Assembly: GCA_963789965.1 (NCBI GenBank)
Contig: CAWBMO010000007.1
Span: forward strand, 69,661 to 133,660
From: an uncultured Acidobacteriota bacterium
Lineage (GTDB): Bacteria > Acidobacteriota > Vicinamibacteria > Vicinamibacterales > CAVVIG01
Length of the DNA stretch: 64,000 nucleotides
Direction: 5' to 3'
The notes below the pieces were generated by a model. The model saw nothing but the letters and a program-made list of their open reading frames with translations, searched no databases and was not told where the DNA came from. This document shows, one piece after another, positions 37,088 to 48,000 of this stretch. A program made the translations under genes and the position numbers. Position 1 is the stretch's first letter, and every line of letters starts with the position of its first letter.

Positions 37088-38511
37088 TACAACACTTTGC
37101 GCTGGTTCGACGTCGAAATCTTCAACTCCTCGCGGTACTTCGCGATCGTCCGCCGGGCGAGCACGAGACCTTCGCGCTGCAGGATGCTGACGATCTTCGA
37201 GTCGCTGAGAGGTTTGCGGGGATCTTCGTTTTCGATGATCTTCCGGATCCGCTGCTTGATCGTAACCGACGACACACTTTCGCCGTATGAGCTGCTGATT
37301 CCGCTGTGGAAGAAGTACTTCATTTCGAACACGCCCTGAGGCGTGTGCATGTACTTGTTCGTCACCACACGGCTGACCGTCGATTCATGCATGCCGATGT
37401 CGTTGGCGACGTCGCGCAGCACCAGCGGACGGAGATGTTCGATGCCGTGGTCCAGGAAATCGCGCTGGAAGTTGATGATGCTGTTCGCGACCTTGTGGAT
37501 CGTCTTCTGCCGCTGTTCGACCGACTTAATCAACCAGAGCGCCGAGCGGAACTTGTCCTTGACGTACGCCCGCGTTTCGTCGCTGTTGTCCGCGCCCTTA
37601 TCCAGCAGTCGGCGGTAGACCGGGCTGATCCGCATCTGCGGCAGCCCGTCTTCGTTCAAGACGGCGACGTACTGATCCTCGACCTTGACCACGTACACAT
37701 CCGGGATCACGTACTGTGACTGGCTCGGGTTGTAACGGCTGCCCGGCTTCGGATCCAGGTGACGGATGACCTCGATGTGTTCCTTGAGGTCGTCAATCGT
37801 CAGGCCCAGCTTCCGGGCAATCTCGGGAACCTGGTGGTTTTGAAGGAGCCGCAGGTGCTCGGTCACCACCTTCTCGGTCGGCGTGCCCTCGAGACCCAGG
37901 TGGCGCAACTGGAGGAGCAGGCACTCTTGAAGGTCGCGTGACGCCACCCCGACGGGATCGAAGGTCTGAATCAGACGGAGCGCCCGCTCCACTTCCGGGA
38001 GCGGCCACGGCCCCATCGCCGCGAGCTCCTCGAACGAGGCCACCAGATACCCGTCGTCGTCCAGATTCCCGATGATGGCCGACCCGATTTCCTTCATCAG
38101 CGGGTCGTCAGTCTGCATCGACAGCTGCCACATCAGATGATCCGAGAGCGAACTGGCCGTCGAGAGGGTGTTTTCAATCGGCGGCAGCTCTTTGATCTCC
38201 TGGGCCGCCCGGGGACGATACCCGTCGTCGAGGTAATCGCCGAAGAAGTATTCGTAGTCCTGATCGTCCCAGGTATCGGTTTTATTGACCTTTTCTTCGG
38301 TATCGGTCTTTTCCTGCGCGGTGGTGGCTTCGGCCGGCTGCAATTCCTCGGTGGGAACCTCTTCGAGCATGGGGTTCTCCACCATTTCCTGATTCAGCAG
38401 ATCCGACAGTTCGAGGGTCGACATTGGCAGCAGCTTGATAGCCTGCTGCAGCGAGGGAGTCAGAATCAGCTTCTGAACGAGCTTGGTATGGAGTTTCTGC
38501 TGGATGCCCAT
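37084..38511 (-). CDS. rpoN: RNA polymerase sigma-54 factor
   Basis: 475 aa. Gln/Leu-rich region I, HTH, and RpoN box (ARRTIAKYRE). Confidence 0.95.
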   Translation of the reverse strand: MGIQQKLHTKLVQKLILTPSLQQAIKLLPMSTLELSDLLNQEMVENPMLEEVPTEELQPAEATTAQEKTDTEEKVNKTDTWDDQDYEYFFGDYLDDGYRPRAAQEIKELPPIENTLSTASSLSDHLMWQLSMQTDDPLMKEIGSAIIGNLDDDGYLVASFEELAAMGPWPLPEVERALRLIQTFDPVGVASRDLQECLLLQLRHLGLEGTPTEKVVTEHLRLLQNHQVPEIARKLGLTIDDLKEHIEVIRHLDPKPGSRYNPSQSQYVIPDVYVVKVEDQYVAVLNEDGLPQMRISPVYRRLLDKGADNSDETRAYVKDKFRSALWLIKSVEQRQKTIHKVANSIINFQRDFLDHGIEHLRPLVLRDVANDIGMHESTVSRVVTNKYMHTPQGVFEMKYFFHSGISSSYGESVSSVTIKQRIRKIIENEDPRKPLSDSKIVSILQREGLVLARRTIAKYREELKISTSNQRKVLY

Positions 38512-38629
38512 AGACGGGTGCGTGTCGACTAAGTCTTTTGTGTCTTTATACTTGCACGAATCAAGAGGGCTGCGACGCTCGGTTCACGTGTCGGCGGCAC
38601 CAGAGCCAATGCAATTCCCACGCCTAATT

Positions 38630-39355
38630 CTAGTCCAATCGGAACTCGGTCCCCAGATAAATCCGGCGGACCTCGTCATCGTCAGCCAAGGTATCGGGCG
38701 TGCCGCTCTTAAAGATGACGCCCGCGTGAACGATATAGGCCCGATCGGTAATGCGGAGGGTCTCCCGGACGTTGTGATCGGTGATGAGGACACCAATGCC
38801 GCGATCCCGGAGGTGGAAGATGATCTTCTGGATGTCCGAGACGGCAATCGGATCGATGCCGGCAAACGGCTCATCGAGCAGGATGAACTTCGGCGAAACG
38901 ACCAGCGCCCGCGTGATCTCCGCGCGACGCCGCTCGCCGCCCGACAGGGTGTGGGCGGGCGCCTGCGCCAGCGGAGTGAGGTTCAACTCCGCGAGCAGCT
39001 GCCCCAGCCGCGCGCGCCGGGATGACGCGTCGCCATCCATCGTTTCCAGAATCGCGAGGATATTCTGTTCGACGGTGAGCCCCCTGAAGATCGAGGGCTC
39101 CTGCGGGAGGTATCCGATGCCCTTCCGGGCCCGGACGTACATCGGATCGTCGGTCAGGTCCTGGCCGTCCAGCAGGACGCGTCCCGAGTCCGGCGCCGTG
39201 AGGCCGACGACCATGTAGAACGTCGTGGTCTTGCCTGCGCCGTTCGGCCCGAGCAGCCCGACGATCTCGCCCGAGGCAACTTCGAGGTTGACGCCCCGTA
39301 CGACCGTGCGGCCGCCGTAGGACTTGGTGAGGTCGTGGGTGCGAAGGGTCGCCAT
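38630..39355 (-). CDS. lptB: LPS export ABC transporter ATP-binding protein LptB
   Basis: 241 aa. Walker A (GPNGAGKTT), LSGGERRR signature, Walker B (ILLDEPFAG). Confidence 0.9.
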   Translation of the reverse strand: MATLRTHDLTKSYGGRTVVRGVNLEVASGEIVGLLGPNGAGKTTTFYMVVGLTAPDSGRVLLDGQDLTDDPMYVRARKGIGYLPQEPSIFRGLTVEQNILAILETMDGDASSRRARLGQLLAELNLTPLAQAPAHTLSGGERRRAEITRALVVSPKFILLDEPFAGIDPIAVSDIQKIIFHLRDRGIGVLITDHNVRETLRITDRAYIVHAGVIFKSGTPDTLADDDEVRRIYLGTEFRLD

Positions 39356-39363
39356 TTAATAAG

Positions 39364-39470
39364 AAAGCACTACCACAAAGGACACGGAAAGAAACGGAGG
39401 GCACGGAAAACAATTAATAGGTTGTTGCCGTGACCTCGGTTTGTCGCCGTGACCTCCGTGGTAGAGCTTT
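39364..39470. repeat. F-type palindrome (AAAGCACTACCAC-AAAGGACACGG.. / ..CCGTGACCTCC-GTGGTAGAGCTTT)
   Basis: ~49-nt arms, loop TTAATAGG. Arm differences are mostly A/G transitions. Lies between the LptC/A-like gene and lptB. Confidence 0.85.
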
Positions 39471-39519
39471 CGTCGTTCGTGGTAGCGCTTTTTGTCGGAC
39501 GCTGCGGCGCTTTCGATAT

Positions 39520-41709
39520 TCAGGGACACTGCGCGCTCCCCTTCGTTTGCGTCCGCGTCCGCTCGTTGCCATCGATGGTGATGGTCTCGGCGGACTTGAC
39601 GTAGGTCAGCGTCCTGCCGATCGTCTCGCGCCGGCATTCGTCGACCACTTTCACGGGTGCGCCGGTCACGACGTAGCGCTCGTCCACAGTCGTATAGATC
39701 AGGTGCGTGCCGGTCGTCGTTCGATTCCGGTCACGAAGCGCGACGTTCTCGTAGGCTTCCGCGCGATCGAGCTCGTTACCCACCGGCTTCAGATAGAGCT
39801 CGATGCGCACCGCCGTCATGTCGCCGTCCGGGCTGTTCATGTGCGCGTTTCCCGTGTAAGTCGCACGATGCACAGATTCCTCGTACCGGAAGTCGGTGGC
39901 AGACGCAATCGATCGGACACGCTCAGTCTTCTTGTCCTTGTTCACCGAATCGCGGACCGTGACTGTCGTCACGCCGCCGCTGGCTGTCAGATCGCCGGTC
40001 TTGTCGTCGAGGATAATCGACGGGCCCTTGAGGGATGTCTCGTCCTGCCAGAGTTGGGCATTGCCGGTGTACGTGGCCTTGTTGACGGTCCCCCTGTAAT
40101 CGAGGGCGTCGGCGGTGACATTCACCGGTCTGTCCTGCTTGAACATCGACGGGAGGCGCGCATCGGATTTCGACGGACTGCCCTCGCGTCCAGACGCTGT
40201 CCCCCTGGCGCCCTGGCCGGTCACGACGCTCTTGACGGCGCCTGTCGCGTTCACGTCGGGACCCGCCAGGGTGACGTCGATACGCGTTGCGTCGACGGCG
40301 ATGCGGTCGTTGATGACACGCGGCTTGATTGAGCCGGGTTCCGAACCGGTCAGCGCCAGCGTGCCTTTATCGAGATCGTATCGAATCGCGGCCGCACACA
40401 TCTGGAATCGCGGCGATCGGCCCGACGCGCATCGATCGTCGGCCGGTCCATCGCTGGCGCCTTCGAAAAACCGAACGCCGTTCGCGAACCTCGCGTCCTC
40501 GATGCCGGCCATGGCCGGCTTGAGCGCAACGTCAAGTGTGGCGGCCCTCGCGACCCGATCGACGACATTGTCTCCAGAACCTCCGAAGCCACGCTCGCGG
40601 AATTCGACGTCGCCCGCAAACTGCGCCTGGGTCAGCCCGCGTGCCGGCTCCCCTTTCGCGTCCATGGTGGCCGATCGGATGGTCCGCTCCGGCGCCGCGC
40701 GCTCGGCCGGAAGCGTCAGCACCACCGATTCACGCGCGATCAACGCGACGGGCGTCGCGCCATCCGGCGCCAGCGTCACATCGATCGTGTTCGCCTTGAT
40801 CTGCCGGCCCGCCGAACCTGAGGACCCGGCGAGGAGGATCGTCCCCGCCCCCATCAGCACGGCGTGTTCGAGCGTCTGACCGTCAGCGGCGTACTTCAGA
40901 TCCATGTCGCGGCCGGTCAGCTCCTGCAGTCCGCCGGCCGCGGGCCTCTCCTTCGTGATCCGGGAGTGGCCCCGCAGTTCCATCAACTGGATCTGTTTCT
41001 CGTCGGGCGTGAGGGACGCGACCGCCGCATCGGCCTCGAGCACTTGGCCGCCTCGCTGCAGCTTCACGTCGCGTTCGAACCGGATGTTCTTTTCACGGCG
41101 AGTAAACGCGGCCGTCCCCGACCGAATGTCGGCGGCGCCAGCTCCCTGCTCGTCTGGAGCAACGTGGACGACCGCACGATCGAGAATCACGAGCACGTCA
41201 CGCACCGTGTCGTACGTCATGCCGATGCCCGACCCGGTCATTCGTCCGCGTGAGAACTCCACGGGCCCCATGGCCCTGACAAACGCGTCCTTGTCGGAAT
41301 AATCGGCGTGCTCAGTGCGAACCGCCATCCCATCCGATGCGGTGAGCCGCACGTTGCCGTTCATTTGAAACGTCGATTCGTTCTGGCCGACGTTCGCCTC
41401 GTTGCCCGACACGGTGAAACTGCGGCCGCCGGCGCGCTCGTCGGCGGCAATGGTGACGCCGACCAGCTTGGTGGACCCGTTGGCATACGTGAGCTGCTGC
41501 TCGTAGGCGACGCGCACGTCTTCGCGCGATAGCTTGAATCGTTCGACCCGCCCGCCCGTGACTTCGACGACCGCACCTGGATCCGTCCGGGAGGCAGACT
41601 GGGCGGGAGGCTGTGGAGCGCGGCGTTTGAACGCGAACGCGACGACGATCGCGAACACCACTGCCCCGATCGCGATAAGGAGCCGCGCACGCCGCTGCCA
41701 GAGGGTCAT
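39520..41709 (-). CDS. Large LptC/LptA-like protein with multiple OstA-type beta-jellyroll repeats
   Basis: 729 aa. N-terminal TM anchor. Reiterated ~100-aa segments with G.V....d......A..a.Y motifs, as in LptC/LptA. Position immediately upstream of lptB. Confidence 0.6.
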   Translation of the reverse strand: MTLWQRRARLLIAIGAVVFAIVVAFAFKRRAPQPPAQSASRTDPGAVVEVTGGRVERFKLSREDVRVAYEQQLTYANGSTKLVGVTIAADERAGGRSFTVSGNEANVGQNESTFQMNGNVRLTASDGMAVRTEHADYSDKDAFVRAMGPVEFSRGRMTGSGIGMTYDTVRDVLVILDRAVVHVAPDEQGAGAADIRSGTAAFTRREKNIRFERDVKLQRGGQVLEADAAVASLTPDEKQIQLMELRGHSRITKERPAAGGLQELTGRDMDLKYAADGQTLEHAVLMGAGTILLAGSSGSAGRQIKANTIDVTLAPDGATPVALIARESVVLTLPAERAAPERTIRSATMDAKGEPARGLTQAQFAGDVEFRERGFGGSGDNVVDRVARAATLDVALKPAMAGIEDARFANGVRFFEGASDGPADDRCASGRSPRFQMCAAAIRYDLDKGTLALTGSEPGSIKPRVINDRIAVDATRIDVTLAGPDVNATGAVKSVVTGQGARGTASGREGSPSKSDARLPSMFKQDRPVNVTADALDYRGTVNKATYTGNAQLWQDETSLKGPSIILDDKTGDLTASGGVTTVTVRDSVNKDKKTERVRSIASATDFRYEESVHRATYTGNAHMNSPDGDMTAVRIELYLKPVGNELDRAEAYENVALRDRNRTTTGTHLIYTTVDERYVVTGAPVKVVDECRRETIGRTLTYVKSAETITIDGNERTRTQTKGSAQCP

Positions 41710-41714
41710 GGTTC

Positions 41715-41793
41715 GTGAAATTGCAGATTGCAGAATTCAGATTGTAGATTCATTGCAGATTCAATCTGAATTCTGCAATCTGAAATCTGCAAT
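41715..41793. repeat. Tandem-heptamer palindrome, family C (ATTGCAG)n ... (CTGCAAT)n
   Basis: 25-bp stem ATTGCAGATTGCAGAATTCAGATTG / CAATCTGAATTCTGCAATCTG..CAAT, 17-nt loop. The right arm encodes the RecJ C-terminus and stop. Confidence 0.9.
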
Positions 41794-43488
41794 AGTCAGC
41801 TCTGTGTATGTCTCCCCGTTGTATTGATTCTGCTCCAACGAAAAGGCCACGTCGAGCGCGGCCCGGTGCTCCGTCAGGTACTCGTGCCGCTCGGCCGCGC
41901 GCCAGGCCACCGCCCTGAAGACGCGTCCGTCCTGCTTCAACGCCATCTTGAGATGCCGCTCCTTCAGCAGGCGCGGACCATCGACAATCTCCACGTGCCG
42001 CGCCGCAAAAACCGGACGCGGGTTTCCGGCGCCAAACGGCGCCAGCGAGGCAACGCCTGATGCCACGCCGGCGGTAATGCCGCGAAACGTCAGGTCGCCG
42101 TCGATGCGCAACCGCGGCATCAAATCGTCTGGACCCAGCGTCTCATCCGCCACCGCGTTGACCGCCAGGCGGAACTCCCGGACGCGGCCCGCCTCGAGGG
42201 TGAGACCCGCCGCCTGCCGGTGACCGCCGAACCGCCCGAGCAGGTGCGCGCATCGCTCGAGCGCGCCCAGCATGTCAAAGCCCGAAATGCTCCGGCACGA
42301 CCCCTGGGCGACGCCGTCTTCAACCGACAGCACAATGGCCGGCCGGTGAAACGCGTCCACGAGCTTCGAGGCCACAATGCCAATGACGCCGCGGTGCCAG
42401 CCCTCGCCGGCCACGACAAGGATGGAGCGGGCGCCGATGTCCGGATCGGTCTGGACGAGCTTTTTCGCCGCGGCGACGATCCCCGCTTCTTCCTCCTGCC
42501 GCCGGACGTTTTCTCCGTCGAGCTGCACCGCCAGGGCCCTCACCTCCTCTGCCATCGCCTCGTCGGTGGCGAGGAGGAGGCGGGTGGCGAGGTCCGGCGT
42601 GCTCATCCGTCCAGCCGCATTGATGCGCGGAGCCACCATGAACGAGATGTTGAAGCTGTCCATGGTCTTGCCCGTCAGACCGGCCACATCCAGCAGGGCG
42701 CGCAGCCCGACTTTGTGCGGGCCGCGCGAGAGCAATTCGAGGCCGATCTTCGCGATGACACGATTCTCGCCGACGAGCGGCACGACGTCGGCCAGCGTGC
42801 CGATCGCGGCGATCTTCACGAAACCGGGCAGCCAGCTTTCGCGGCCGGCCTGCGTGCAGAGCGCCTGCACCAGTTTCAACGCCACGCCGACGCCCGCCAG
42901 GAACTTGTCCGGATACTGGCAGTCGTGCCGCTTGGGGTTGATCACGGCAAACGCCGGCGGCAGCGTGGTGTCCGGCTCGTGGTGATCCGTGATGATCAGG
43001 TCCACACCGAGCTCGCGCGCGCGACGGGCGGCCTCGGCGCCGCGAATGCCGCAGTCGACTGACACGATGAGCGAGACGCCGTCGGCGTGCAGACGTTCGA
43101 TCGCGACAGGCTGGAGGCCGTAGCCGTCGCGCAGGCGCTCCGGGATGAAGTGGATCACGTCAGCGCCGAGCAGCTCGAGGGCGCGGCGCAAGATGACCGT
43201 CGACGTGACGCCATCCACATCGTAGTCGCCGTGGATGGCGATCCGTTCCCTGTTTGCGATAGCGCCCATGATCCGGTCGACAGCCACGCGCATGTCGGCG
43301 AGCCGCATGGGATCGTGCAGGTGTTCGAGCGTCGGGTTCAGAAAGCGAAACGCCAGATCCGGATCGCCCAGTCCGCGCTGGCAAAGAAGCCGCGCCACCG
43401 GGGCCTCGATGCCGAGCGCCGACGCCAGCCGCGCGGCGGCTTCCTCGTCGCAATCTTGCGATAGCCAGATCGGTCCGACGACGGGCAT
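41761..43488 (-). CDS. recJ: Single-stranded-DNA-specific exonuclease RecJ
   Basis: 575 aa. DHH motifs (IAIHGDYDVDGVTS, DLIITDHH) and a DHHA1 domain. The last ~10 codons lie in repeat C2. Confidence 0.9.
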   Translation of the reverse strand: MPVVGPIWLSQDCDEEAAARLASALGIEAPVARLLCQRGLGDPDLAFRFLNPTLEHLHDPMRLADMRVAVDRIMGAIANRERIAIHGDYDVDGVTSTVILRRALELLGADVIHFIPERLRDGYGLQPVAIERLHADGVSLIVSVDCGIRGAEAARRARELGVDLIITDHHEPDTTLPPAFAVINPKRHDCQYPDKFLAGVGVALKLVQALCTQAGRESWLPGFVKIAAIGTLADVVPLVGENRVIAKIGLELLSRGPHKVGLRALLDVAGLTGKTMDSFNISFMVAPRINAAGRMSTPDLATRLLLATDEAMAEEVRALAVQLDGENVRRQEEEAGIVAAAKKLVQTDPDIGARSILVVAGEGWHRGVIGIVASKLVDAFHRPAIVLSVEDGVAQGSCRSISGFDMLGALERCAHLLGRFGGHRQAAGLTLEAGRVREFRLAVNAVADETLGPDDLMPRLRIDGDLTFRGITAGVASGVASLAPFGAGNPRPVFAARHVEIVDGPRLLKERHLKMALKQDGRVFRAVAWRAAERHEYLTEHRAALDVAFSLEQNQYNGETYTELTIADFRLQNSD

Positions 43489-43515
43489 TAGAATCGGCCC
43501 ATCCTTTGCGTGTCA

Positions 43516-44030
43516 AAAGCGCTACTCACCGTAGTCCTCAACACAAAGGACACGAAGGAGCACACGGAGTACGATCTCGACCCAACGGCAGAGTCACGAC
43601 CGTGATCTAGTGCCGCGCTCGAGGTTCATTCGCAAATTGGGGCCGGAATGCTCGAGAGCGCGGTGTGGGCATGCATGTCTCACGAACTCGCCACCAACGG
43701 CCTCCACTTCGAGATCGACCAGGTTTATCTAGTCACGCTCGATGAGCAGTTCCGATTGCCGGTTCGGTTACCGCGTCGATCTTCTTGTCGAAGGAGTGGC
43801 CGGTCGTCGAGATCAAAGCGCGTGGAGAACATCCTTCCCGTTCATGAGGCGCAGGTACTCTCGTATCTCAAGTTGAGTGGGATTCGGGTCGGCTTGCTCA
43901 TTAACTTCAACGTCGCTCACCTGCGTCAGGGAATCAGACGCCGAATCTGTACGGTCCTGAGACAGAGTGATCCGTGTTCTCCGTTTGCATGAATTGTCCT
44001 TGCGTTGAAACCCACCGTGGCAGTGCTTCT
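43516..44030. repeat. F-type palindrome whose ~390-bp loop carries the GxxExxY gene
   Basis: The left arm is 43516-43576 (AAAGCGCTAC..CAACACAAAGGACACGAAGGAGCACACGGAG). The right arm is 43967-44030 (GTGATCCGTGTTCTCCGTTTGC..GTCCTTGCGTTG..GGCAGTGCTTCT). The arms are reverse-complementary in register. Confidence 0.7.
43590..43992 (+). pseudogene. GxxExxY-family (PD-(D/E)XK-like) protein gene, disrupted by several +1 frameshifts, nested in the loop of an F-type hairpin
   Basis: AALEVHSQIGAGMLESA.., then out-of-frame FGYRVDLLVEGVAG and VVEIKA, then VENILPVHEAQVLSYLKLSGIRVGLLINFNV. Shifts are near 43608, 43762, 43802 and 43821. The last three sum to +3, so ORF 43648..43992 stays open. Confidence 0.6.
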
Positions 44031-44046
44031 GTCTGTCAGGCGGTGA

Positions 44047-45018
44047 TCAGCTACCTTCGTCGACGAAATCGATACCGAGCCGCCCCATGTTTCGAAATTT
44101 GTCGTAGCGCAGCTTCAGCCTCGTGTCCCGATCGAGCGCGCTCACCTCCGTCAGCGCCTGCTCGAGAACGCGATCGATGAGCCTGGCGGCGGCCGCCGGA
44201 TCGGTATGAGCGCCGCCGATCGGTTCGGGCACGATTTCGTCGATGATGTCAGCCTTCAGCAGATCGGGCGCCGTGATCTTGAGCGCCGCCGCCGCTTCCA
44301 CCTTCTTCGCGGGATCACGCCACAGAATGGCCGCGCAGCCTTCGGGCGGGATCACGCTGTAGATCGCGTACTCCTGCATGAGCACACGATCGCCGACCGC
44401 AATGCCGAGCGCACCGCCGCTGCCGCCCTCGCCGCTGACGATGACGATGATCGGCGTGTCCAGGAGCATCATGTCGCGCAGGTTCACGGCAATGGCTTCG
44501 GCGACGCCCCGCTCCTCGGATTCGATCCCGGGATAAGCGGCCGGCGTATCGACAAACACGAGGATCGGCCGACCGAACTTTTCCGCGAGCCGCATCGCTC
44601 GAAGCGCCTTGCGGTACCCTTCGGGCCGCGCATACCCGAAATTCCTGAAGATCTTGTCCTTCGTGTCGCCGCCCTTGACGTGCCCGACGAGCAGCACCGG
44701 CTGGCCCTTGTAGTCAGCGAACCCGGTCATGATCGCGTGATCGTCGGCGAACCGACGGTCTCCGTGAATCTCGACAAAGTTGGTGAACAGGCGCTCGATG
44801 ACGTCTTCGAGGCCGGGACGGTTGGGATGCCGCGCGACCAGCACGCGCTGCCACGGGGTGAGCGATCGATACAGGTCGCCGCGTGTGGTCTCGAGCCGGC
44901 GCTTCAGCGTATCGATCTGTCGCTCGCGGGCATCGGTGCGCGGGAGCACCGTGAGCGCCTCGATCTCTTTCAAGAGAACGGCGATCGGCTCTTCGAAGTC
45001 CAGGGTCTCTAACGCCAT
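44047..45018 (-). CDS. accA: Acetyl-CoA carboxylase carboxyltransferase subunit alpha
   Basis: 323 aa. LDFEEPI..L, ARHPNRP and GEGGSGGALG motifs. The start overlaps the dnaE stop (TAATG). Confidence 0.9.
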   Translation of the reverse strand: MALETLDFEEPIAVLLKEIEALTVLPRTDARERQIDTLKRRLETTRGDLYRSLTPWQRVLVARHPNRPGLEDVIERLFTNFVEIHGDRRFADDHAIMTGFADYKGQPVLLVGHVKGGDTKDKIFRNFGYARPEGYRKALRAMRLAEKFGRPILVFVDTPAAYPGIESEERGVAEAIAVNLRDMMLLDTPIIVIVSGEGGSGGALGIAVGDRVLMQEYAIYSVIPPEGCAAILWRDPAKKVEAAAALKITAPDLLKADIIDEIVPEPIGGAHTDPAAAARLIDRVLEQALTEVSALDRDTRLKLRYDKFRNMGRLGIDFVDEGS

Positions 45019-48000
45019 TACCGCAATTCCACCGATCCTGCACCCGCGACCTGCTCGACTTCCGCGATGAGGGCCGGCGAGGGCCGCACGCGGATCTGCG
45101 CGCTCACATCCACGCGCACGCGCAGATGACCGGCCGTCTCGACTTCGAACGACACTTTCCGATCGCCCCGGTGTCGCGAGACGATGTCGAGCAGTGCCTG
45201 AAAGATACCATTGGCGGGCGCCTTGAGCCGGATCTTGACCTCGCGCGTCACACGCTCGCGGACGCTGTCGAGTGGCGCGATCTCCGACGCCAGCACCCGC
45301 ACCGATTCATCGTCTCGTTCCAGCTTCCCGCGGACGAGCACGAGCGTGCCGCTCTCAATCAATCCCGCGCTGCGCTGATAGGTGTCGGGAAAGGCAATCA
45401 CCTCGACGCCGCCTTGTGCGTCCTCAATGGTGAAGACGGCCATGCGGTCGCCCTTGCGCGTCTTGAGCAGGCGGCAGGCCGCGATGATGCCGCCGACGCT
45501 CGTGTCAGGCTCGATCGGTTTCGGCCCGCCGGGGCCCCAGGCGTCGCTACTCCGCGGCGCAGAGGGGCCCCGGAGTGGAAGACGCTCCGTTGACTGGCCG
45601 TTCCGCGAGCTCGCCCGTCGCCCGCGCCCCAAACTCTTTCAGCACCGATGCGTAGCGATCGACCGGGTGTCCGCTCCAATAGAGGCCGAGCGTTTCTTTT
45701 TCGAAGGTGAGCTGTTCGGTTTCGGACCAGGGCGTGGCCTCCGGCAGAGGGAGCGCCCTTAAGGGCGTCCCCTGAGCGGACGCCGACGCGCCGGCTCCGA
45801 ACGCACCGAACAGTTGGGCCTGCCCCTCGTTCTTGTCACGCTGCATCCGCAGCGCCGTGCTCGCAGGCCGCATCAATCGCCGCCATCAACCGCGGCCGCA
45901 AACGCCAGCGTGGGCAGGGACTCGTAGGCGGCCTGACCCCGGACGATCGAATCGAACGCGCCGGCCTTCGCGAGGCTCTCGAAGACGCGCTTGTTCACGA
46001 GCCGCAGGTCGAGATCTTCGCAGAGCCCGAGCAGCGACGTGATGCGGCCCTGCTTCTTCCGGACCTCGAGCAGCGACTCGACGGCTCCCTCGCCGACGTT
46101 CTTGATCGCGGTCAGGCCGAAACGGACGCCTGTGCCCGGCTCGACGGTGAATCGCAGCTGGCTCTCGTTGATGTCCGGCGGCAGCACCGGAATGCCGCGC
46201 TCGCGGCACTCGCCGAGGTACAGCGCCAGCTTGTCGGTATTCTGCGCTTCAATGGTCAGGAGCGAAGCGGCGAAGTACCACGGGTAGTTCGCTTTCAGAT
46301 ATGCCGTCTGATACGCCAGGAACGCGTATGCGGTGGAGTGCGCCTTGGGAAATCCGTACCCGGCGAAGTGCTCCATCAAATCGAAGATGGGGCCGGCTTT
46401 CTTTTCGGGAATCTTGTTCTTCTTCGCGCCCTCGACAAACTTGCCGCGCTGTTTCGCCATCACCTCGGGATTCTTTTTCCCCATCGCCTTGCGGAGGATG
46501 TCCGCTTCCCCGAGCGTGAACCCGCCGAGCTCCCGGGCTATCCGCATCACCTGTTCCTGATACGCGATGACGCCGTAGGTCTCTCGAAGGATCGGTTCGA
46601 GCTGCGGCAGCTCGTACTTGATGTCGACCTTCCCGCCTTTGCGCGCGATGAAGTCGTCCACCATGCCGCTGCGCAGCGGACCGGGCCGGTACAGCGCATT
46701 CAGCGCAATGAGGTCCTCGAGCGTCTGCGGCTTCGTCTTGCGGAGGATGTCCCGCATGCCACTGCTCTCGAACTGGAAGATGCCGTAGGTCTGGCCGTCC
46801 TGAAATACCTGGTACGTCTTCGGGTCGTCGAGCGGGAGGTTGCCGATATCGAGCGTCTCGCCGGTCGTCCGATTGATCTCCTTCACGCAGTCGTCGATGA
46901 GGGTCAGCGTGCTGAGCCCGAGAAAGTCCATCTTCAGCAGGCCGACACGCTCGATGTCCTTCATCGACCACTGGGTGACGATTTCGTCGTGCGCCCCCCG
47001 GTACAGCGGCGCGTATTCCGTGATGGCCTGCGGTGCGATCACGACGCCGGCGGCGTGGACCGAGGCGTGCCGCGTCATGCCCTCGAGGCGCCTGCCGACG
47101 TTCAGAAGCTCTTTGACCTTCGGGTCATCCTGCTCCATCTGGCGGAGCGTTTCGTTCTCCTCGAGCGCCTTATCGAGGGTCATGTCGAGCGCAGCCGGAA
47201 TCAGCTTGGCGACCTTGTCGACGTCGGCGAACGGCATCTCGAGCACCCGTCCGACGTCGCGCACCACCGCCTTGGCCTTCATCGTCCCGAACGTGATGAT
47301 TTGGGCGACGTTCTGGCGGCCATATTTGCGGGTCACGTAGTCGATGACCTCGCCGCGCCGCCGCTCGCAGAAATCGATATCGATGTCGGGCATCGACACG
47401 CGCTCCGGGTTGAGGAAGCGCTCGAAGATCAAGTTGAACTCGAGTGGATCCACATCCGTGATGCGCAGACAGTAGGCAACGAGGCTGCCTGCCGCGGAGC
47501 CACGGCCCGGCCCCACGGGAATGCCCTGTTCGCGTGCGTAGCGGATGAAGTCCCACACGATCAGGAAGTACCCCGGGTACTTCATCTGCTTGATCATGTC
47601 GATCTCGTACGACAGCCGACGTTCGTACTCGTCGATGGTCTGTCTGAGGGCGCCGGTATTCGCGAGCTGCTTGAGCCGTGTCAGCCGGTCGCTGAAGCCT
47701 TCGCGCACGACGTGCTCGAAGTAGTCGTCGAGCGTGTATGGCGCAGGCACATCGAAGTTCGGCAGGAAGCTCTCGCCCTCGGCGAGGCGCACGTTGCAAC
47801 GCTCCGCGATCCGAACCGTATTCGCGAGGGCGTCCGGATAGTCCTTGAAGGCGTCCGCCATCTGCTCGGCCGTCTTCAGAAAGAAATTCTGGCTTTCGTA
47901 CCGCATCCGCTTCGGATCGCTGTACGCCTTGCCGGTGCCAATGCAGAGGAGGATGTCGTGCGGGTGCGCGTCGGTTTCGCGGACGTAGTGGACGTCGTTC

